From positions 32,001 to 96,000 of IMG/VR virus record IMGVR_UViG_3300017917_002762: a DNA stretch of 64,000 nucleotides; one strand, written 5' to 3'. The stretch comes from a virus. This document shows positions 18,120 to 25,800 of this stretch, one piece after another; within the stretch, counting starts at the first letter, position 1, and the number at the start of each line of letters is the position of its first letter. Below the pieces are notes generated by a model. It searched no databases. It was not told the DNA's origin and saw nothing but the letters and a program-made list of their open reading frames with translations. A program made the position numbers and the translations under genes.

Positions 18120-18434
18120 ATGAAAAGAAATAAATGTCCTGCTACAGGAAAAACTATATTTGAAACTCAACAAGTTGCAAATGAAACAATTATAAAAATT
18201 AAAAATCATAATAAAATAAATTTTATTAACAAAAGAAGAAATGGTAAATCAAATCAAAAAAGAAGTTATTTTTGTTCTTATTGTAAAGGATTTCATTTAA
18301 CATCTTTAGAAAAATTTGAAATTAAAAAAAGAAAACCTAATGATAAAGAAATTAATAAAATTAAGTTTTTAAATTCTTTTGATGTAATGAAATGGAAAGA
18401 AAATAGTTTACCTTTTAAAAAAATAAACGAATGA
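18120..18434 (+). CDS. Small Cys/His (Zn-finger-like) protein
   Basis: CPATGK...RSYFCSYCKGFHLTS. Confidence 0.65.
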   Translation: MKRNKCPATGKTIFETQQVANETIIKIKNHNKINFINKRRNGKSNQKRSYFCSYCKGFHLTSLEKFEIKKRKPNDKEINKIKFLNSFDVMKWKENSLPFKKINE

Positions 18435-19204
18435 GTATAATAGCAATTTCAGGTCGTATAGGTTCAGGAAAAGATACTGTAGGTAAAATAATACAGTATC
18501 TTACCTCACCTTGTTCTAAACAAAATTCTAAATATAGAACTTACCAAGAATTTTTAAATAATAATGGAGGTTTTGATGCTAGAAATTTTGATCATCATTA
18601 TCAATCAGAATGGCAAATTAAAAAGTTTGCAGGAAAATTAAAAGAAATAGCATCTATTCTTACAGGAATACCAGAATATAAATTTGAAGATCAAGAATTT
18701 AAAACAACTTATCTTGATGAAAATTGGAATTACTGGTATAAAAATAATCACACTATTATTAAAGAAGGCGAAGCAATAAATGAAGAAATTTTACATCAAA
18801 TGACAGTAAGAGAATTTCTTCAAAAACTTGGTACAGAAGCAATGCGTAATAGATTACATTATAATGTGTGGGTGAATGCTTTGTTTAATGATTATAAAGC
18901 AAAATGGGTTCTTACAGGAGATAGTGTTGCAGAAGAAGATGTTTCTCTTGAAAAAGAATATCCTAACTGGATCATTACAGACATGAGGTTCCCTAATGAA
19001 TTAGAAGCTGTTAAACAAAGAAATGGAATTATAATTAAAGTAATAAGACCAACAGAAAAAAATAAAACTACAGCTCGATTGCATCCTAGTGAAACTAGTT
19101 TAGACAATGTAAACTTTGATTATGAAATTATTAATGATGGAGAAATTGTTGATCTTATTGAAAAAGTTAAAACAATATTAATTACTGAAAAAATAATATC
19201 ATGA
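18431..19204 (+). CDS. Deoxynucleoside monophosphate kinase (T4 gp1-like)
   Basis: IIAISGRIGSGKDTVG, KFAGKLK, REFLQKLGTE, ITDMRFPNE, HPSE. Confidence 0.88.
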   Translation: MSIIAISGRIGSGKDTVGKIIQYLTSPCSKQNSKYRTYQEFLNNNGGFDARNFDHHYQSEWQIKKFAGKLKEIASILTGIPEYKFEDQEFKTTYLDENWNYWYKNNHTIIKEGEAINEEILHQMTVREFLQKLGTEAMRNRLHYNVWVNALFNDYKAKWVLTGDSVAEEDVSLEKEYPNWIITDMRFPNELEAVKQRNGIIIKVIRPTEKNKTTARLHPSETSLDNVNFDYEIINDGEIVDLIEKVKTILITEKIIS

Positions 19205-19518
19205 TTGAATGTGTTTGTATAAACGATAAAGATAAACCTAAAGAAATTCCTTTAAATGATTGGATTGTTTTAGATGAAAAATATCATATAACTCATATTT
19301 TTTATCATCCTAATCAAGGAATTCAAGGATGTAGTTTATATGAAAAACCATTGGGAGAACATTGTTCTCCTTATGAATCATTTAAATTAAGTAGATTTGC
19401 TATTGATATAAAAGATTTAGAATCTCTTATAGAACTCATTAAAAATTGTACAGAATTAAATGATTTAGATATTAAAGAATTATTAAAATCATCAGAATTA
19501 GAAATAATAGAACAATAA
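19201..19518 (+). CDS. Hypothetical protein
   Basis: 105-aa ORF with ATGA coupling; CVCINDK. Confidence 0.7.
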   Translation: MIECVCINDKDKPKEIPLNDWIVLDEKYHITHIFYHPNQGIQGCSLYEKPLGEHCSPYESFKLSRFAIDIKDLESLIELIKNCTELNDLDIKELLKSSELEIIEQ

Positions 19519-19530
19519 AAATAAATTTAA

Positions 19531-19722
19531 ATGTTAGAATTTAATAAACCAATTCCTGTAATAGTTGAAGAAAATAAAGAAGGATATGCTATATATGTTA
19601 CTAATTCTGGCATGTTTGAAAACGATGTCTGGTGCGTAGTACATTGTGATAGTGGTATTGTAAGACATTACACTAGTAATCAAATAAAAATATTTTATAA
19701 TAGCACTTTTAAAATAAAATAA
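19531..19722 (+). CDS. Hypothetical protein
   Basis: 63-aa ORF; GMFENDVWCVV..SGIVRHYTSNQI. Confidence 0.65.
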   Translation: MLEFNKPIPVIVEENKEGYAIYVTNSGMFENDVWCVVHCDSGIVRHYTSNQIKIFYNSTFKIK

Positions 19723-19727
19723 AAAAA

Positions 19728-20096
19728 ATGAAAAAAATATATTTAGCAATACCTTACAGTGGTATAGAAGACGTTAGTTATAAAACTGCTAATGAAGTAG
19801 CAGCAATACTTATTAGTAAAGGATATTGTGTATTTTCTCCAATATCTCATTCACATTCTATTGCAAATACTGGGAAAGATTTTATTAGTAATGATTATGA
19901 AACATGGATGAAACAAGATAAACAATTTATTCAATGGTGTGATGAATTATTTGTTATAGATATGATTGATGCTAATGGATTAGGTTTAATTTATAAATCA
20001 AAAGGTGTAAAGCAAGAAATTGAATGGGCTGTAGAATTTTCTAAAGAAATAAAAATGATTAAATATAATACACAAACAAAACAATTGGATTTATGA
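19728..20096 (+). CDS. DUF1937/nucleoside 2-deoxyribosyltransferase-like protein
   Basis: KIYLAIPYS, VFSPISHSH, W...D..F..CDELFV, SKGVKQEIEWA. Confidence 0.7.
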   Translation: MKKIYLAIPYSGIEDVSYKTANEVAAILISKGYCVFSPISHSHSIANTGKDFISNDYETWMKQDKQFIQWCDELFVIDMIDANGLGLIYKSKGVKQEIEWAVEFSKEIKMIKYNTQTKQLDL

Positions 20097-20863
20097 TTTT
20101 ATCAGATAAACAAATACTAGACGAAATTAGCAACAATAATATTATTATTGATAATTTTAATTATGCTCATCTTAATCCTAATAGTGTAGATTTAACTTTA
20201 GCTCCTACAGTTAAAATTTATCCTAGAAAATATGAAACAGTAGATGAAGAAAATCAAGTTCCAGATTGGGCAAAAAAACATGCTGTTAAAAATATAATGG
20301 GATGGACTTATGAATTATTTTTAGATCCTAAAGAAAAACAAGAAACAATTGAATTAACTATTCCTGAAGAAGGTTATGTTCTTTATCCTGGAGAAGTTTA
20401 TTTATATGCTTGTAATGAACGTATAGGATGTAAAAATAACATATGTGCTCAAGTACAAGCTAAATCTAGTTTAGGTAGACTTGGTTTAGATATTGTTATA
20501 GGTCCAGCAGGATTTATTGATACAGGATTTGTAGGTAGTTTAGTATTAGAATTAAGAGCTACAAGACCAATTAAAGTATATCCTAACATGAAAATATGTC
20601 AAGTAAAGTTTGAACGCGTAGAAGGTGATATATTAGAAAGTTATGATAAAAAATCTGGATCTAAATACATGAATCAAGTTGGTGTACAAGAATCATTAAT
20701 GAATCTTAATTTTTTTCAAACACACCCAGCTACATGTGATAGACATAGTACAAATTGTGAAATACATCAAGGTAAAGAAGGTGTGTTAGATGAAAATGGT
20801 GTATGTCCTTGTGGTGATTATAAACAAAAATTTATAAATGAAAATAATAAAACAAAAAACTAA
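20093..20863 (+). CDS. dcd: dCTP deaminase
   Basis: MILSD, LNPNSVDLTL, KSSLGRLG, IDTGFVGSLVLEL, ICQVKF, SKYMNQ; extra Cys/His-rich C-tail. Confidence 0.88.
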   Translation: MILSDKQILDEISNNNIIIDNFNYAHLNPNSVDLTLAPTVKIYPRKYETVDEENQVPDWAKKHAVKNIMGWTYELFLDPKEKQETIELTIPEEGYVLYPGEVYLYACNERIGCKNNICAQVQAKSSLGRLGLDIVIGPAGFIDTGFVGSLVLELRATRPIKVYPNMKICQVKFERVEGDILESYDKKSGSKYMNQVGVQESLMNLNFFQTHPATCDRHSTNCEIHQGKEGVLDENGVCPCGDYKQKFINENNKTKN

Positions 20864-21689
20864 AACATTAGTCACAAGAGATAATGGGAGGAGTGCTGAT
20901 TGCATTTCTCCCAATTTTATTTATGGCTGCGCTGGAGGCTGCCTTCAAAGTTATTGTTATATTGCTAGATATAACAATGATAAAATTTATATAAATTCTA
21001 ATACAAATGATATTTTAAATTCTGTAAATAAATGGATTGAAAAACAACCTATTCCTAAAGTTCCTAATCAATGCGATCCTATATATTATACAGTAGATAT
21101 TGGATGTAGTACAGATGTATCTTTAATGTCTAAACATTATAATTGGCAAGAAGTGTTTGATTATTTTAATAATCATATTCATGCTAAATCTACATTTGCT
21201 ACTAAATATCCTACAAGATTTAAAGCTGAAAATTATAATTTAGCTCCAGGTAAACATAGAATTAGAGTAAGCTTAATGCCTCAAAAATATTCAGATGTAT
21301 TAGAACCTAAAACAGATAAAATAATAGATAGAATTAATTGTATTAAACCATTACAAAAACATATGGAAGTGCATATAAATTTTAGTCCTATTATTTATGA
21401 AGAAACATGGCTTCAAGAATATGAAGAATTGTTTAAGCTTCTTAAAACAGAAAATATAGATGTCCCGTGTGAATGTATATTTTTAACATATAATAATATA
21501 CAACATCAAAGAAATTCTGAAGAAGTAAATCAATTATGTTGGAAACCTGATATTCAAGAAGCTAAAGACTCTCAATATGCTCCTGATAACATTAGATATC
21601 AATGGCAACTTAAAAAACAAATGATTGATGAGTTTAAAAATTTGTATAGTAAATATTTTAACATTAAAAACATAAGATATATATTTTAA
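20838..21689 (+). CDS. Spore-photoproduct-lyase-like radical SAM protein
   Basis: PNFIYGCAGGCLQSYCY cluster motif, DIGCSTD, FATKYP, RIRVSLMP, HINFSPII, NIRY. Confidence 0.75.
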   Translation: MKIIKQKTKTLVTRDNGRSADCISPNFIYGCAGGCLQSYCYIARYNNDKIYINSNTNDILNSVNKWIEKQPIPKVPNQCDPIYYTVDIGCSTDVSLMSKHYNWQEVFDYFNNHIHAKSTFATKYPTRFKAENYNLAPGKHRIRVSLMPQKYSDVLEPKTDKIIDRINCIKPLQKHMEVHINFSPIIYEETWLQEYEELFKLLKTENIDVPCECIFLTYNNIQHQRNSEEVNQLCWKPDIQEAKDSQYAPDNIRYQWQLKKQMIDEFKNLYSKYFNIKNIRYIF

Positions 21690-21690
21690 T

Positions 21691-22077
21691 ATGAAACAAT
21701 ATTATACACCAGAAATTTCAGATATTAGAGTTGGATATGAATGTGAATATAGAGTTGGAGAAAAATATAAATGGAATAAACATATTGTAGAAAATTTACA
21801 TACTGATAGAGAAGGGTATGGAATATCGGAATTAGAAAGTTATTTAAAGGAAGGTAATTTAAGAACTCCCTATCTAACTAAGGAACAAATAGAAGCTGAA
21901 GGATGGGAAAGGTATAAAAAGAATATTGGAAGACTTGAATATTCAATAGTATTTTATAAAAATACTATTGAAATTTATGAAATGGATGAAACAGGGTATA
22001 GAGTATGTAAATATAATGGTAATTGTCCTTCAATAAATGAATTTAGAACTATTTGTAAATTATTAAATATAAAATAA
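21691..22077 (+). CDS. Hypothetical protein
   Basis: 128-aa ORF; YYTPEISDIRVGYECE...YLTKEQIEAEGW. Confidence 0.7.
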   Translation: MKQYYTPEISDIRVGYECEYRVGEKYKWNKHIVENLHTDREGYGISELESYLKEGNLRTPYLTKEQIEAEGWERYKKNIGRLEYSIVFYKNTIEIYEMDETGYRVCKYNGNCPSINEFRTICKLLNIK

Positions 22078-22080
22078 TAT

Positions 22081-22269
22081 ATGACAACTAATCAAAATGA
22101 TTCTTTTCTTAAAATGAATGAAAAAGAATTTAAAAAATTAAAAAAAGAATATCAAACAGCAGTTAGTAACAAAAATGATATATTTTTGTTTCAAAATGTA
22201 GAATTATTAACTAGTTATGCTAAATATTTAATAGAATATTTAGAAATGAATAAACATAAATTTATATGA
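22081..22269 (+). CDS. Hypothetical protein
   Basis: 62-aa ORF; ELLTSYAKYLIEYL. Confidence 0.65.
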   Translation: MTTNQNDSFLKMNEKEFKKLKKEYQTAVSNKNDIFLFQNVELLTSYAKYLIEYLEMNKHKFI

Positions 22270-22709
22270 TTAAAAAATTAAAGGCTTTGTACCTTGATGA
22301 TGAAAGAACACCAAAAAATGATCCTCCTGAAAAATACGAACCTTGGTGTATAGTAAGAAATTATGATCAATTTAAAGAATGGATTGATACAAATGGTATG
22401 CCTGATTATGTATCTTTGGACCATGATTTAGGAGAAGAACATATGCAAGATTATTATAAATATCAATTCAATGGTATTGCTGCTATAAATTATGAAGATT
22501 TTAAAGAAAAAACAGGACTTGATTGTGCTAAGTATATGATACAATATGCTATAGATAATAATGTAAGTTTACCTAAATTAGTAGGCGTGCATAGTCATAA
22601 TCCTTTAGGAGCTTTAAATATTCAATCAATAATTAACAGTTACAAAAAACATTGTAACGAAGAACAAAACTGCTATATTGCAAAAATACCTTTTGAAATT
22701 ATAAAATAA
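22266..22709 (+). CDS. Cyclic-phosphate-processing receiver-domain protein (cREC-like)
   Basis: LYLDDERTP, VRNYDQF, SLDHDLG, TGLDCAK, VHSHNPLG. Confidence 0.75.
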   Translation: MIKKLKALYLDDERTPKNDPPEKYEPWCIVRNYDQFKEWIDTNGMPDYVSLDHDLGEEHMQDYYKYQFNGIAAINYEDFKEKTGLDCAKYMIQYAIDNNVSLPKLVGVHSHNPLGALNIQSIINSYKKHCNEEQNCYIAKIPFEIIK

Positions 22710-22714
22710 TAAAT

Positions 22715-22870
22715 ATGGATTATCAAATTACATTTGCGTTATTAGATGCTTATAAATTATTAATAGGATTAAATTATAAATATAGTAAAGAAGAAAATGT
22801 ATATATTTTTGAATTTGGTTTTATTTTTGGTTATATACAAATTGCATTAAAGAAAAAAGAAGAGGAATAA
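22715..22870 (+). CDS. Small hypothetical protein (51 aa, not in the ORF track)
   Basis: MDYQITFALLDAYKLLIGLNYKYSKEENVYIFEFGFIFGYIQIALKKKEEE*; stop codon lies in the terminator loop. Confidence 0.55.
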   Translation: MDYQITFALLDAYKLLIGLNYKYSKEENVYIFEFGFIFGYIQIALKKKEEE

Positions 22871-22886
22871 ACCTCTTCTTTTTTTT
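22853..22886. terminator. Bidirectional terminator at the replication/structural module convergence
   Basis: AAAAAAGAAGAGG (22853-22865), loop AATAAA, CCTCTTCTTTTTT; A-run on one side and T-run on the other. Confidence 0.85.
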
Positions 22887-25800
22887 ATCTATTAGATATG
22901 TTAAATCTAATACCCCAATCTTTTCTAAACTCATCATCAAAGATTGCTCTCATTTGTATTCCTTCTTTAAATATAGGTAACATTTTTGAAAGATATTTAG
23001 CAGGTTTTGCAGCATCTAACATATCTTCATCATTAGTTACAAATCCATATCCTTGTTTTAAAGATGCTCCAGTAAATTTATAAAAATCTTCTGCTAATCC
23101 TACCATAGGTAATGGTTTATTTACTAAATTAGACCATGATGGTGCACTATAAAAGAAAGAAAATTCATCAAAATATTTTCTAAATGCTCTTCCTGTATAA
23201 GCTCTCCATCCTGTATTTTCATCATCATCATCATCTTCACCTAAAATTGTAAACATTAATGCTCCAATTCCTAATATCATTAAGAATTCTTTATAAAGAG
23301 ATTTAATATTACCTATATACATGTCTACAAATTCACCTTCTGTAATGGTAAATTCTTCTCCTTTATCGATAGCTTCAGCTTTCATTAATAAATATTTTTG
23401 TTTAGCTGCTTCTACCATATTAGTACCACTTGCTGATATAATAGCACTTAAAAGATTAGGTGCTCTTTTTGTAAAAATTTCTTGAAAGAATAAATTAAAT
23501 TTACCCATAGTATGAACTTCTAAATCTTGATCATATTTTAATTTTCCAAATCTTTCTTGAACCATTTGAGGCATCCAAGATCTAAATTGCATAGCCATAG
23601 ATCCTAACATACCAGTTCTAATATTATTTATATCATCTCTAGTAGAGTTGCCAAGAACACTTTTAGTTACTTTTTTAATTTTTAATCTAAATCTACCCCA
23701 TTGTTCTCCTTGTAAATCAATACCAGGAATTTCTATTTTATCATTTTTAATTTCTGCTATTTTATATATTGATTTAGTTTCTTTTAATTTGGTAACTTCT
23801 TCTTCTATTTTTTTTCTTAAACTATTTTGTTCAGATTTAGAAAGAGAATAAAATGATTCATTATAATTGTATTTAGCTTTAACATAAGTTTTAATATCTA
23901 CAATTTTTCCATTTTCATCTACCATATTATTTTTCATTAAAGCAATAGCAATTGGATATTGTACAGCTTTATCTGATGCGTGCATCATAAAATATGCTTT
24001 ATCTATTGTGTTTGCTCCAATTATACTTGATATTGAAAGTTTATTTATTTTAGAATCTTTCATGTCAGTTAATAAAACATCAGCAACTCCTAATAAACCA
24101 TATGCAATTTCATCACGTTTAGTTAAATCATATATTGAAGATGTCCAATCTGATGTATTAAATAATATACCTTTACTAGCTTGAAAAAATGCATTACCTG
24201 TACCACCTACAAAGTTTGCAGTTCCAGATAAAGGATTTAATGCAAGTGTTTTAAGAGAAAAAAATCTTGACAACCATCCTAAAATTTTATGCCCAGAATA
24301 TTCTTTATCTCCTATTTTTATTTTTTTATCTTCCATTTTACCACTCTGCTTATTATATAAATAATAATTTATAAACTCAGAAAGTAATTTTGAATTAACC
24401 TCATTTCCTGGAATTTCTTTTTTAACTCCACTTTCAAAAACTGGATTACCAAATCTATCAGTTTCAATATGTGGTTTATTTTTTTCAACAAATAATAATA
24501 ATCTAGATTTATCTTCTATTTCTGACATTGATTCGTAGTTAGCAAGTTGTGCAGCCCATACTCCAAACACTTTAAATAAATCCATACTTTTTTGTGAATA
24601 ATCCATAGAACCATCTTCTTTTTCAACACCTATATCTCTTATAAAATGTGCAGGTATTGTGTGTTCTATTTCACCTGTAATAGGATTAATTTGTGGAGAA
24701 AATGGAGACTCACCGTTTTCAACTTCAAGTTTTTCAAATATTCCTTTACTAGAAAACATATCACCACCAAAAACAAATTGTTCAATTTTATTTTTATGAA
24801 GATTTGGAATAAAATTTGGAGAATACTCATCAAGTATACCTACTTTATTAGATCTTTTAATTAAGTTTTGAAAATATTCATATGTTTTAAATGCAATTGG
24901 AGATTTTTCAAGTTCAATCCATTGAGCAGTTTTCCATGTTGATTTTGGTTTTAAAAATGTATTTAAAACTTTTTTACCATTATAGTTATCCATGTTTAAA
25001 TAGGCTTTTTTATTTTTATTTAATCCGCCTAAATTAACATCATGTTCTTCTATCCAATTTTTATATGCTTGTTCTTGAAGTTTTTTATTGTTAGCTTCAT
25101 TTTTGGAATCATAAACAATTGTTTCATAAAATTCTTTTTGTCTTTTAGAAGCTTTTTCAAATTTTTCACTATCAAATTCTGTATTGTTAATTAACCATAC
25201 TACATCTTCTGACTGAATTGCTTCATTCATTAGTTTATAAAATTCAGAATTATATTTCTTTAAAAACTTACCTGTCCATTTTCCATTTTTATCATAGTCT
25301 AATAATGGTTTAAATAAATCTTTATCTGCTAATCCTTTTGATCTGGCCCAATCAATATATTCTTTTCTTAAAGAAGAAAGTTCTTCATAATCTTTATTGA
25401 ATTGATTATCTCTTTTTATTTGAGCATCACTAAGTATTCTACTAAAAACTCTAAATGATTTTTGAGGAATTGTACTTAATGAACTAAATAATCCTGTTAT
25501 TTGTCCTACTACTGTTTCACCTTCTAAAAGATTGGTTATACCAGTTTTTTCTTTTGCAAAATCAACAACCATATTTTTAATAGCTTCTTGCATATCAGAT
25601 AATACAACATCTGCTGTACTATTCATTTGGTTGTAATCATTTATAATTTCATCAATAACATCAATTTCAGCTTGATTTTTAGTTTCTTTTTTATATTTTT
25701 TAAGTTGATTCATATAAATATTAAATACCCTTGTTGTATTTGTAAATACACTAAGTATTTCTAAAGACTCTAATGCATCTTTTTCTGTAAGTTTTTTATC

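Noticed and set aside
20093-20863. Uracil-containing genome (PBS1-like) inferred from dCTP deaminase without dUTPase
   Set aside because: Only part of the genome is visible, so dut or thy genes could lie outside the window. There is no positive evidence.
22729-22736. Bacteroidota sigma-A -7 element TACATTTG (also TATATTTG at 12826)
   Set aside because: Both lie inside small ORFs, and the nearest TTTG upstream of 22729 is too far away for a -33 box. The first would also point at a terminator. Likely chance matches.
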